Shown one piece after another: positions 1-9,030 of a stretch of 64,000 nt of DNA. How positions within the stretch are numbered: the stretch's first letter is position 1; the number at the start of each line of letters is the position of its first letter. The stretch lies in assembly GCA_944391465.1 (NCBI GenBank), contig CALXTS010000005.1:2942-66941 (forward strand), read 5' to 3'. This DNA comes from an uncultured Alphaproteobacteria bacterium (GTDB lineage: Bacteria; Pseudomonadota; Alphaproteobacteria; RF32; CAG-239). The notes under the pieces were generated by a model. The model was not told the DNA's origin, searched no databases, and was given only the letters and a program-made list of their open reading frames with translations. The translations under genes were made by a program, and so were the position numbers.

Positions 1-365
1 GATGCGGCAAATGTTGCTTAAACAAACTTGAAATCCGTAAACAAATAAAATTTACCAATGCATGCTGTCGTTTTTTAGATACAAATACATGCTTATGCAA
101 AATTTATGAACACCGTTTTAAAAAAGTTTCAGACTGCCGAGACATAACATTAGATGCTATTCGAGAACAACCGCAATGGCTTCCTAAAACTTGTACTTAC
201 TGGCTGTTAGACAACGGTTATGAGTTGCCGAGTTGGCATCCGCTCATTACCAAAAGAGCATCATCTGTTCACGAGGCCGGAATGTCCTTAAAAAATCGTC
301 CGGTTATTTCAGAATCTGAGGTTGACGACTATGAAAATTACATTGTTGACTGGCAAGACCTTTGA
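1..365 (+). CDS. YcgN/UPF0260 family cysteine-cluster protein (5'-truncated by window edge)
   Basis: Not in ORF track. Manual translation from nt 3: CGKCCLNKLE..FTNACCRFLD..C..YEHRF..DC..WLPKTCTYW..LPSWHPLIT..SVHEAGMS, ending TGA at 363-365; typical YcgN motifs. Confidence 0.88.
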   Translation, partial: CGKCCLNKLEIRKQIKFTNACCRFLDTNTCLCKIYEHRFKKVSDCRDITLDAIREQPQWLPKTCTYWLLDNGYELPSWHPLITKRASSVHEAGMSLKNRPVISESEVDDYENYIVDWQDL

Positions 366-1041
366 TTTATCAAAACATCTGGATTTTAAAATAAAAGTTG
401 TTCACTCCAAACGAGCAAAACGACTAACCTTGCGTATTGATGAAATGGAACGCCTTCCGATATTGACGGTTCCTCAGCGTTGCTCAGAAAAAAAAGCCTT
501 AGCTTTTGTAGAAGAACATCAAGATTGGATAACCAATATGTTGGCCAAACTTCCCAAAAGCAAAAAAATAAAAGACGGCAGCCAAATAAGTTTTTTCGGA
601 CAAATTCTCACCATCAGCCACCACCCGGAACTGAGAGCCGGAACATATATTGAAGGCACCAAAATCATTGTTTGCGGAAACAAAGAATTCATACATCGCC
701 GTGTAATAGACTTTCTAAAAAAACAAGCTCACGAACGATTACTTGAACTTTCAAAAGCAAAAGCACGATTAATAAACTGCGAAATAAACAGTGTTTGTAT
801 TAAAGAAACTAAGTCCCGTTGGGGAAGTTGCTCCAGCAAAAATAATATCAACTATAACTGGAGAATAACCCTAGCTCCGGCGTACGTTATAAATTATCTC
901 ATCAGCCATGAAGTCTCTCATTTAGCACACCAAGATCATTCTAAAGAATTTTGGGCTTGTGTTGAAAGACTATGTCCGGATTACAAAGATGGTCGCAAAT
1001 GGCTCAAGATAAAAGGCAAAGAACTTTATCTGTATATCTGA
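331..1041 (+). CDS. M48/YgjP-like (DUF45) zinc metallohydrolase
   Basis: SRWGSCS, NYNWRI and ISHEVSHL (HExxH) followed by HSKEFW; ATG at 331 preferred over TTG at 322. Confidence 0.88.
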   Translation: MKITLLTGKTFDLSKHLDFKIKVVHSKRAKRLTLRIDEMERLPILTVPQRCSEKKALAFVEEHQDWITNMLAKLPKSKKIKDGSQISFFGQILTISHHPELRAGTYIEGTKIIVCGNKEFIHRRVIDFLKKQAHERLLELSKAKARLINCEINSVCIKETKSRWGSCSSKNNINYNWRITLAPAYVINYLISHEVSHLAHQDHSKEFWACVERLCPDYKDGRKWLKIKGKELYLYI

Positions 1042-1125
1042 GAGTGCTATTGATTTTTGAGGTTTTTCTCCCTATATTAAAAAGGTAAATTAATTTTTCC
1101 GATTATAAAAGGAGATATACTCATT

Positions 1126-1854
1126 ATGGAAAACAAAACTATCAGCAAAGCCGGCAGCATTTCAAATGTTGATTTAGGGCTTCGTGAATATATGATGCGC
1201 GTTTACAATTATATGACCGGCGGATTATGCATTACCGCTTTGGTCGCCTATTTAATCGCTAATACCTCGCTCATTCGTGTATTTTTTAATATTGCTCCAA
1301 CCGGACAAATTCTTGGAATGTCAGGATTCGGTTGGTTGGCCCTTTTTGCTCCGTTTATAATGGTTTTTGCCTTCGGTTGGGTTTTAGCTAAGGGAACCAC
1401 AGCTCAAGTTCAAGGGGTGTTCTGGGGATTTTCCGCTGTAATGGGCGCCTCTCTTGCTCCCATTGTTCTAAGCTACACAGGAGCCAGCGTTACCCGTATC
1501 TTTTTAATCACAGCCGCAATGTTCGGCGGTATGAGTATTTATGGTTATACCACAAAACGTGATTTAACCGGCATGGGTTCTTTTATGATTATGGGTGTCT
1601 GGGGAATAGTAATTGCTTCAATCGTCAATATTTTTCTTAAAAGCCCCGGATTATATTATGCCATTTCATTTTTAAGCGTTATAGCTTTTACAGCCCTAAC
1701 CGCTTTTGATACGCAAAAGATTAGAGAAATATATATGGAAAGTGATGATAGCGGAACAATAACACGTAAAGCTATCGCCGGAGCTCTTAATCTTTATATG
1801 GATTTTATCAATATGTTTATAGCTTTGCTTAATTTATTTGGCGAAAGAAGATAA
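1126..1854 (+). CDS. Bax inhibitor-1/YccA family membrane protein
   Basis: DLGLREYMMRVYNYM N-terminus, about 7 hydrophobic segments, YGYTTKRDL, AFDTQKI, GALNLYMDFINMF; AGGAG RBS. Confidence 0.93.
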   Translation: MENKTISKAGSISNVDLGLREYMMRVYNYMTGGLCITALVAYLIANTSLIRVFFNIAPTGQILGMSGFGWLALFAPFIMVFAFGWVLAKGTTAQVQGVFWGFSAVMGASLAPIVLSYTGASVTRIFLITAAMFGGMSIYGYTTKRDLTGMGSFMIMGVWGIVIASIVNIFLKSPGLYYAISFLSVIAFTALTAFDTQKIREIYMESDDSGTITRKAIAGALNLYMDFINMFIALLNLFGERR

Positions 1855-1862
1855 GACAAACC

Positions 1863-1896
1863 AAAAAGAAAGGCTCTAAAATGAGCCTTTCTTTTT
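1863..1896. terminator. Bidirectional intrinsic terminator
   Basis: AAAAAGAAAGGCTC-taaaat-GAGCCTTTCTTTTT inverted repeat between convergent genes. Confidence 0.75.
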
Positions 1897-3000
1897 GGTT
1901 TCCTCTTCACAAAATTCAATATAATTTTCTTTATGTAGCTTAGCTTTTTCAACAGCAACAATAGCCTGTTCAATCAATTTTTTTGCAGACTTTGCCGGAG
2001 TTGGATAAAAATTAACACCGACACTAAAAATGATATTATAATCTTGAGCAGCCTTTTTCATAACCTCTTTAATTTTCTCAAACTCAGATAAAAATTCTTT
2101 TTTATCCGAGATATCAGGAAAAAGAATCCAAAATTGGTACTTCATCCCTCGAGCAACCGTACAATTTTTCTTAAGACTCATAACCAAACCGGTAGCCATA
2201 TCGTTCAAAATTTTTTCTTTCCAAAATTTATCTGTTTTTTTATCAAAATCATCTATTGCCAAACCAACAACCGCAACAATATTTTTTGGCAATGAAGCTT
2301 TTTTATAAATTTCATTATTAACAGCAACTTGAACTCTGTCTTCCCACAAAAAGAAATTCGGTAATCCTGTCAGCTCATCATACATATTTTTAATAACATT
2401 TCCGGAATCCCGCTCAATATGACTTCCGATTAAAATAAAAGAAAAATGACTTGTATCCGGCAAATAAATAGCTTGTATCTCATTATTTATAATTTTACCG
2501 TTTTCTGCTCGAAGTTTAGCGGCATATTTTTTACCGGAAGTCAACATTTCTCCGATATTTTCAGCCAAAGAATTCCATTGAGATTTATCAACAAAAGACA
2601 AAAAAGGAACATCTAAAACCTGACGTTGATCAGTAATCCCCAAAATCATCATCATTGTTTTATTCATATAAATAATTTTATCATCACTGACCACAGCCAC
2701 CGGGCGTTCGGAGTTATCAAGCACCAAACGAATCATATCAGCCAGACTAACATCCATATTTTGCCATAAATGCTTTTCCTTTTTCAAAGACTGAGTATCT
2801 TTTTCTGCTTGTTTTTGCATAGGCATTTCATTAAAAACATCGTTACTAAATTCAATTTTTTCCAAAGCATCTAAATTAATATGATGCTTTGCGGCATCAT
2901 CTAAAACGGACAAATCATCAAAAGAAGACACTCCCAAGTCAGTACCGCCTTCTAAATCAATATCAATATTTGAAAAAAAGTTTTTTTCTGTGGCAGTCAT
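1876..3000 (-). CDS. PAS + degenerate GGDEF-domain protein
   Basis: PAS-like region (IIYMNKTMMMILG), then MYDELTGLPN...VARGMKYQFWILF...SVGV..YP..LIEQA; the GGDEF signature is replaced by MKYQF. Confidence 0.75.
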   Translation of the reverse strand: MTATEKNFFSNIDIDLEGGTDLGVSSFDDLSVLDDAAKHHINLDALEKIEFSNDVFNEMPMQKQAEKDTQSLKKEKHLWQNMDVSLADMIRLVLDNSERPVAVVSDDKIIYMNKTMMMILGITDQRQVLDVPFLSFVDKSQWNSLAENIGEMLTSGKKYAAKLRAENGKIINNEIQAIYLPDTSHFSFILIGSHIERDSGNVIKNMYDELTGLPNFFLWEDRVQVAVNNEIYKKASLPKNIVAVVGLAIDDFDKKTDKFWKEKILNDMATGLVMSLKKNCTVARGMKYQFWILFPDISDKKEFLSEFEKIKEVMKKAAQDYNIIFSVGVNFYPTPAKSAKKLIEQAIVAVEKAKLHKENYIEFCEEETKKKGSF

Positions 3001-3117
3001 TTTTTACCTCTTGCCCTATAGTATATATTTATAAGAGGTTAAAAAACAATAAAATCTTTGCAGTTTATTAATAAAATATCTCTATACTGAAAAAAATTGA
3101 ATATTTGGAACAAAAAA

Positions 3118-5127
3118 ATGAGCCTTGAAGAAACTCCGATAAATACAGAAAAAAACTCAGCGGAAACAAACCGAAAAAACATTTATGTTTTAAAAGAGCG
3201 TTTTGAAATTGACTTTAACTCTCCCTTGCCTGTTTTTGATACAAACGGAGCAAAGGCGTTTGCCGTAACTGATAAAATAAATCCGCAACGCCCGCTTTTT
3301 GCCTTGATATGTAATAATAATTTTCCACCGCGACTTTCTGTTCTTCCTTACCTTAAATCGACAGAAAATCCCAATTTGTTAAAGCTGGTAGAGTATGATA
3401 TTATAGACTATCTTCCGGAAGGTTCTCGCAATGTTGCCCTGATTTACAAACAGCCCGGAGGTCCTCGAGCAGACAATTTTACAGAAACCACAATAACTCC
3501 GGAAATTTTCAAGAAATTTCTTTCATCATTAACCAGCGCCGGTGAAAATCTCCGAGCTAACAATATTACTCACCGAGCCATTCGTCTAGATAACATCTTT
3601 TATAAAGATGAAAATCGAACCGAGTTAATTTTAGGAGATTGCGCCGCATCATTTCCCGGTCTATACCAACCTATAGAATATGAAACAATAGAAAGCTCAT
3701 TATGCATACCTCAAGGAAGAGGCAACGGAACGAATGGTAATGATATTTATTCAATTGGCGTAACCCTACTAAGTCTATATTTGCAAAAAGACATCTCACT
3801 TAACATGTCGGCTCCGGAAATTATCCGCAACAAGTTAAAAAGAGGCTCATACCAAACATTAACGGAAAAACATAAAATTATACCGCTAGTTTCTACGGTT
3901 CTGAGAGGATTGTTAAATGACAACCCCAACAACCGATGGAGTTTTAGCCAAATTTACAAATTTTTAGAGCATAATGAAGCAAGTTTTTCAAATACAGAAA
4001 GTCTTGAGCAATCGCCAAGAGCCTTGGTCATCAACGGAGAAAAGCACTATACCGCTCGAGACGTAGCTATTGCTCTTCAAAACAATCCTGAAGAAGCGAT
4101 AACGCTATTTAAATCCGGAAAATTGCTGGATTGGATAAAAAACGGCTTAGACAATGAAAAACTCTATTCAAAAATAGAAAAGCAACTTGAGACTCTCAGT
4201 GAAGATAACCACAACTTCGAAACCGTATCAGCAGGTATTTGTATAACATTAGATAATAACCTGCCGATAAAACATGGAAATATTTATATTTATCCGGATG
4301 GTATTCCCAAAACAATATTCCACTATCTTAAAAATGAATATTCTTTAAAAGATATTTTTGCAATTTTTAACAGTGACTTAGTGCGTTTATGGTACCAAGA
4401 ACAGAACAGTCTGCGTGCACCGAGCAATTTCAGTGAATTTAAAAACTACCTTAATAACAAAACTTATGGTTACGGAGTTGATCGCATTATGTATGATTTT
4501 GATGAAGATATACCCTGTACAAGCCCGTTAATCGGTAAAGACTTTGTCAACACTCCTTCCAGACTATTGAGATCCTTAAACAGAAATTATTCAAACATGA
4601 AGGACGCCATTCCTTATGACCGTAACATTATAGCATACCTGCGTTGTAAGATGGGAAAAAAAATTGACGGAATTATATCAGACCTAAACTCCAATCAAGA
4701 ATATGCGCAAAGCAATGCCGTACTCCGTTTGTACTCCAATATTCAAAATAAAAACGGCCCGGCTTCTCTACCCAACTTAACCTTATGGTTGGTTAATCTC
4801 GTTAAACCGATAATAAAATCCTATCATAATCTAAAATACCAAAAATACTTAGAACATGAACTTGTAAAAACGGCACGCACGGGAAAAATAATTGATCTTT
4901 ACAATATGCTGGAAGATGAACATGCTCGCAGTAAAGACACAGATGACTATACCAAAGCCTCAAAAGAAGCCTATTCATTAAACCGTGAACGCAACAGACT
5001 ATTAAACGAAAGAGGAAAGATAGAAGAAGAATATCGAGAATTAGCTCTCCGTATCACGGCAATCCTCGGAATTTTTACCATGCTATCAGCATTTGTATTT
5101 AACTTAATAAGATTGTTAAGCGCATGA
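3118..5127 (+). CDS. Ser/Thr protein kinase-like protein (probable pseudokinase) with C-terminal membrane anchor
   Basis: ITHRAIRLDNIFY, LILGD, DIYSIGVTL, LLNDNPNNRW kinase subdomain motifs; catalytic HRD reads HRA; C-terminal hydrophobic helix. Confidence 0.75.
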   Translation: MSLEETPINTEKNSAETNRKNIYVLKERFEIDFNSPLPVFDTNGAKAFAVTDKINPQRPLFALICNNNFPPRLSVLPYLKSTENPNLLKLVEYDIIDYLPEGSRNVALIYKQPGGPRADNFTETTITPEIFKKFLSSLTSAGENLRANNITHRAIRLDNIFYKDENRTELILGDCAASFPGLYQPIEYETIESSLCIPQGRGNGTNGNDIYSIGVTLLSLYLQKDISLNMSAPEIIRNKLKRGSYQTLTEKHKIIPLVSTVLRGLLNDNPNNRWSFSQIYKFLEHNEASFSNTESLEQSPRALVINGEKHYTARDVAIALQNNPEEAITLFKSGKLLDWIKNGLDNEKLYSKIEKQLETLSEDNHNFETVSAGICITLDNNLPIKHGNIYIYPDGIPKTIFHYLKNEYSLKDIFAIFNSDLVRLWYQEQNSLRAPSNFSEFKNYLNNKTYGYGVDRIMYDFDEDIPCTSPLIGKDFVNTPSRLLRSLNRNYSNMKDAIPYDRNIIAYLRCKMGKKIDGIISDLNSNQEYAQSNAVLRLYSNIQNKNGPASLPNLTLWLVNLVKPIIKSYHNLKYQKYLEHELVKTARTGKIIDLYNMLEDEHARSKDTDDYTKASKEAYSLNRERNRLLNERGKIEEEYRELALRITAILGIFTMLSAFVFNLIRLLSA

Positions 5128-5588
5128 AAAAACTACCTAAAAAAGAAACTACGAAAAAAAATCTGCGATTGAATCTTTTCCAAAAATTGATTCTTTTCAT
5201 AGGTCTATTTATCTTAATAATTTCGACACTCCCGATTTTAGTTGTAATTTTCGTCGGACTGCTCCCTACATTGACAATCATGCTCACAGACTCCAAAAAT
5301 GCATATAAAATTACAATAGTTGGCTGTTTTAACCTTGCCGGTGTTTTAATATGTTCAACAAGTTTGCTCAATCAATTTGACTTTAATGAAGCCTTTTCAA
5401 TTATCAGTAATATTTTCAATCTGATAATCATGCTAAGCTCGGCAGCCTTAGGTGTTATTTTATACTACGAAATGCCAAATCTTTTTGTTTTCATTTCTCG
5501 AATCACACACCAAAAACGCCTCAAATATATAGAATACAGACTTGAAAAACTTGCGGCCGAATGGGGAAACAGCATTAGAAACAACTAA
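5124..5588 (+). CDS. Hypothetical integral membrane protein coupled to the kinase-like gene
   Basis: ATGA overlap with upstream stop; 3-4 hydrophobic segments; C-terminal LAAEWG. Confidence 0.75.
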   Translation: MKKLPKKETTKKNLRLNLFQKLILFIGLFILIISTLPILVVIFVGLLPTLTIMLTDSKNAYKITIVGCFNLAGVLICSTSLLNQFDFNEAFSIISNIFNLIIMLSSAALGVILYYEMPNLFVFISRITHQKRLKYIEYRLEKLAAEWGNSIRNN

Positions 5589-5619
5589 AAAGGTCCCCGA
5601 AAAAAATTCGGGAACCTTT
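5589..5619. terminator. Bidirectional intrinsic terminator
   Basis: AAAGGTCCCCGAA-aaaaa-TTCGGGAACCTTT between convergent genes. Confidence 0.75.
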
Positions 5620-5623
5620 AACC

Positions 5624-6499
5624 TTAATTAGCAACACCAATAGCTTTTCTTAATTTTTTAATAGAATTAAGCTCAATTTGCCGAACTCTTTCTTTAGAAA
5701 TATGATAAACTTTACTCAAATCGTCTAAAGTTTGCGGTTTATCATATAAACGCCGTTTAAACAAAATATCTTTTTCTCTTTTATTAAGACAAACTAAGGC
5801 TTTATTAAAAAGATTACGACGATACTGCATTGTTTCCGAATAAGCTAAAACATCTTCCTGATTAGGCTTTGTATCGGCAATAAAATCCATCCATTCGGTT
5901 CCGCTGTCGGAAGAACTATCAATAATTGTATTCAAAGAACCATCATGAGATTTTAGACGCATATTCATATCAGTAACATCTTGTACAGTTACCTCCAAAG
6001 ATTTTGCAATACCATCTAAAACATTAGGAGATAATTCTCTGTCATCGGTTAAATTAAGCTGATTTTTAATTTTTCTTAAATTAAAAAACAATTTTTTCTG
6101 AGCAGCTGTTGTTCCGATTTTCACCAAAGACCAAGAATTAAGAATATATTTCTGAACAGAAGCCTTAATCCACCATAAAGCATAAGTTGAGAAACGAAAA
6201 CCTTTTTCCGGTTCAAATTTCTCAACGGCATATAAAAGCCCGATATTTCCCTCAGCAATTAACTCTGCTGTAGGCAATCCGTACCCTCGATATTTAGAAA
6301 CAACCTTCACAACCAAACGCAAATGAGAGGTTACAAGAACTTTTGCAATATTTTGATTTTTCGTTTTTTGGTATTCAACCGCCATTCTGTATTCTTCATC
6401 TTGAGAAAGAATGGGATATTGCCGGATTTTTTGTAAATAACGAACCATATTTATTTCCGGCGAAAAGTCTATACCGTTAAGACCGATGGGATTCTCCAT
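5624..6499 (-). CDS. rpoH: RNA polymerase sigma-32 factor
   Basis: LVTSHLRLVV, LIAEGNIGL, GFRFSTYALWWI, RpoH box WSLVKIGTTAAQKKLFFNLRK, SKERVRQIE. Confidence 0.95.
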   Translation of the reverse strand: MENPIGLNGIDFSPEINMVRYLQKIRQYPILSQDEEYRMAVEYQKTKNQNIAKVLVTSHLRLVVKVVSKYRGYGLPTAELIAEGNIGLLYAVEKFEPEKGFRFSTYALWWIKASVQKYILNSWSLVKIGTTAAQKKLFFNLRKIKNQLNLTDDRELSPNVLDGIAKSLEVTVQDVTDMNMRLKSHDGSLNTIIDSSSDSGTEWMDFIADTKPNQEDVLAYSETMQYRRNLFNKALVCLNKREKDILFKRRLYDKPQTLDDLSKVYHISKERVRQIELNSIKKLRKAIGVAN

Positions 6500-6653
6500 T
6501 TTGGCACTCCTTTAAAATGTTAAAGTAAGGAAGTCCAAGTCCTAGTCCACGTTAACGACTCATGAATCTGAAAATTCATGAGTCAGACTCTTACATTAAA
6601 AAAAGAAATCCACAACCTATACTTTAGTTCTATTTTTTCAAGGAAAAAAAGAC

Positions 6654-7628
6654 TTACAAAAGATCTGCTTTTTCAATCAACTCATTGAAATCCCTTGGCA
6701 AATCAGAATCGAACTGCAAAAATATTTTTTTTCTCGGATGTATAAAACCCAAAGATTTAGCATGTAACGCTTGCCTTGGAAAATGATTAATAAAATCTTT
6801 TAAATCACAATCAACAGAAGAAGAAACAATCTTTTTGCTCTTTTCGTATAACTGATCACCAACCAAATTACACCCCTGAGAACTCAGGTGAACTCTGATT
6901 TGATGCGTTCGTCCCGTCTCTAAATTACACTTTACCAAACTCAAAAAATTTTTAAAAACTTTAATCGTTTTGTAATTTGTTATGGCTTCCTTACCATTTT
7001 TACGAACAACAGCCATTTTCTTCCGATTATATGGACTTCTGCCGATAAGCGATTCTATTCGCCCTTCAAGAGGATTTAAAACCCCAAACACCATAGCCCA
7101 ATAAGTTCTTTCAATTGAATGTTCGGCAAACTGAGCGCATAAACTTTTATGTGTCATATCATTTTTGGCAACCACCAATAAGCCGGATGTATCTTTATCT
7201 ATTCGATGAACAATCCCCGGACGTTTTACACCTCCGATTCCCGACAAGTTTCCTCGACAATGAAACAACAATGCATTGACAAGTGTTCCATGATAAGCCC
7301 CCGGAGCCGGATGAACGGTCATTCCTGCAGGTTTGTTTACAACTAAAAGATCTTCATCCTCATAAACAATGTCTAAAGGAATATCTTCTGGTTCCGGATT
7401 TGCATCTTCCGGCTCTGGAATAAACAATTGGAACTCTTCATTTTCCTTAACTTTATAAGAAGAATCGTTAATAATTTCACCATCTTTAGTTATGCAATCA
7501 TCCTTAAGCAATCTTTGAATTTGCGAACGAGAAACCTCTGGAAAACTCACAGACAAAAACTTATCGATTCTCCAGCCGTTATAACTTTTATTAACTATTG
7601 CTATGTTATTATTCTCAGTATCAGCCAT
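6654..7628 (-). CDS. rluD: RluA/RluD family 23S rRNA pseudouridine synthase
   Basis: S4 domain, VVNKPAGMTVHP, RPGIVHRIDKDTSGLLV, LETGRTHQIRVH, RQALHA; conserved rluD-rpoH order. Confidence 0.92.
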   Translation of the reverse strand: MADTENNNIAIVNKSYNGWRIDKFLSVSFPEVSRSQIQRLLKDDCITKDGEIINDSSYKVKENEEFQLFIPEPEDANPEPEDIPLDIVYEDEDLLVVNKPAGMTVHPAPGAYHGTLVNALLFHCRGNLSGIGGVKRPGIVHRIDKDTSGLLVVAKNDMTHKSLCAQFAEHSIERTYWAMVFGVLNPLEGRIESLIGRSPYNRKKMAVVRKNGKEAITNYKTIKVFKNFLSLVKCNLETGRTHQIRVHLSSQGCNLVGDQLYEKSKKIVSSSVDCDLKDFINHFPRQALHAKSLGFIHPRKKIFLQFDSDLPRDFNELIEKADLL

Positions 7629-7694
7629 ATTATTCTTCAAAAGTTGATATAGGACATAATACGGTTAAAAAGATAACTTTCAAGAGAGATAAGC

Positions 7695-7979
7695 ATGGAA
7701 AAACTGAAAATCGTAAAAATCATTGTCTGTTTGCTCACCTTTTTATTGGTTTTAGGAACATTAGCATTACTGGGAACAATCTATAAAAAAACCAGAAAAA
7801 ATATACCGACACATGAAATTAACTATACATTATCTCAACCGAAAGGATCCGAAATATCACAATACAGCATCCACAACGGACAACTTTATATGCTGATAAA
7901 ACACGGAGGATTATCTGATAGAATTATTATCTATAATCCTGAACAAGCAACAGTAACCGGAACAATCCAATTAAACTAG
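7695..7979 (+). CDS. Small hypothetical protein, single N-terminal TM helix
   Basis: 94 aa, hydrophobic residues 6-30; divergent from rluD. Confidence 0.7.
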   Translation: MEKLKIVKIIVCLLTFLLVLGTLALLGTIYKKTRKNIPTHEINYTLSQPKGSEISQYSIHNGQLYMLIKHGGLSDRIIIYNPEQATVTGTIQLN

Positions 7980-7988
7980 GAAAACTTT

Positions 7989-8945
7989 ATGCTTGAAGAA
8001 GAATTTAACCTTGAAAATGAACTTTTGGAAACTGATTTTTCCAGCTTAATGTTAACAGATGATGTGGTAGAAACGGAAAAAGAAAGCTCTAAAACAGAAA
8101 ATGCGGATTCAGATGATGAATTTAACCGCATGCTTGATGATTTTATCAACGCACAAATAGAAAATGCTCAAGATAAGGCTAATGAAGAACTTGAATTAAT
8201 AAAAAACAATAAACCGTCACCTTCAGCATTAAAAAACAATAACGAAATAAGTGAAATTTTATTTGAAGAAGAACAGCGTCTCTATGATGCATATGTCAAC
8301 TTTACGAATGCCGTAAATGCTATGGTCGAACAACAAACAGAATTTGACGCGCCCTTTTTCAGTTTTGAGGCTAAACAATTATATCCGCGTTTTCGTCCAT
8401 CCAGAGGACGCCTTTTAAACTTGGATATCCTTGCAGGATGGGATTTTTTGCTCAAAGCACAACCCGTACGTCTCTCAAGCCTTCCGCCCAAAGCAAGCGA
8501 CGAACAACTTTTAAGTTTTGCCGAAAAATGTACGGATGAAAACTTACAATTGGCTATAATTTCCTATGTTGAGATTTTGATTGAGATGGAAGGATGCGAA
8601 ATCAGCTACAACCTAAGAAAAGCCAAGCACGACAAAAAGAAACTGGAAAAACAAATATATAAAGAACATCTGGAACGTAAAGAAAAAATCAAAAAATATA
8701 TTGAAGCCATTCAAGCAAAAAACTTTCCGGTAGATGCAGAACGTTTGGTAAACAATTATTTCAAGACCGCCAAAAAAGACCCTGAAGGAGCGCGTAAAAT
8801 TTTAGAAAACAACCCGGCGACATATGCTCCGATTCAAATAGAAAAGATACAGCCACGCTTTTTTGGAATGATAAAACCCAAACCCGAAGATGGTATCCGA
8901 GTCAATAAAGAACTGGGAGAATTTTTCAAAAAATTAAAAATCTGA
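7989..8945 (+). CDS. Hypothetical protein (acidic N-terminus, coiled coil, possible BID-like C-terminal domain)
   Basis: 318-aa ORF with AGGA RBS; domain resemblance judged by eye only. Confidence 0.7.
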   Translation: MLEEEFNLENELLETDFSSLMLTDDVVETEKESSKTENADSDDEFNRMLDDFINAQIENAQDKANEELELIKNNKPSPSALKNNNEISEILFEEEQRLYDAYVNFTNAVNAMVEQQTEFDAPFFSFEAKQLYPRFRPSRGRLLNLDILAGWDFLLKAQPVRLSSLPPKASDEQLLSFAEKCTDENLQLAIISYVEILIEMEGCEISYNLRKAKHDKKKLEKQIYKEHLERKEKIKKYIEAIQAKNFPVDAERLVNNYFKTAKKDPEGARKILENNPATYAPIQIEKIQPRFFGMIKPKPEDGIRVNKELGEFFKKLKI

Positions 8946-8961
8946 CACAAGTACAAAAATA

Positions 8962-8990
8962 TAGACAAAAACAAAAAACAATGCTAAAAT
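8962..8990 (+). promoter_or_regulatory. Putative sigma70 promoter for the 9031-15880 operon
   Basis: TAGACA-17 nt-TAAAAT with extended -10 TG. Confidence 0.55.
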
Positions 8991-9030
8991 ACAATTAATT
9001 ATCAAATAAACAAACAAAAAGGTAATCATC

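Noticed and set aside
6501-6527. TTGGCACTC at the rpoH start as a CIRCE element
   Set aside because: Only one half-site, with no GAGTGCTAA 9 nt away; it coincides with the rpoH RBS (GGAG on the minus strand). The GAGTGCTA at 1042 is likewise unpaired.
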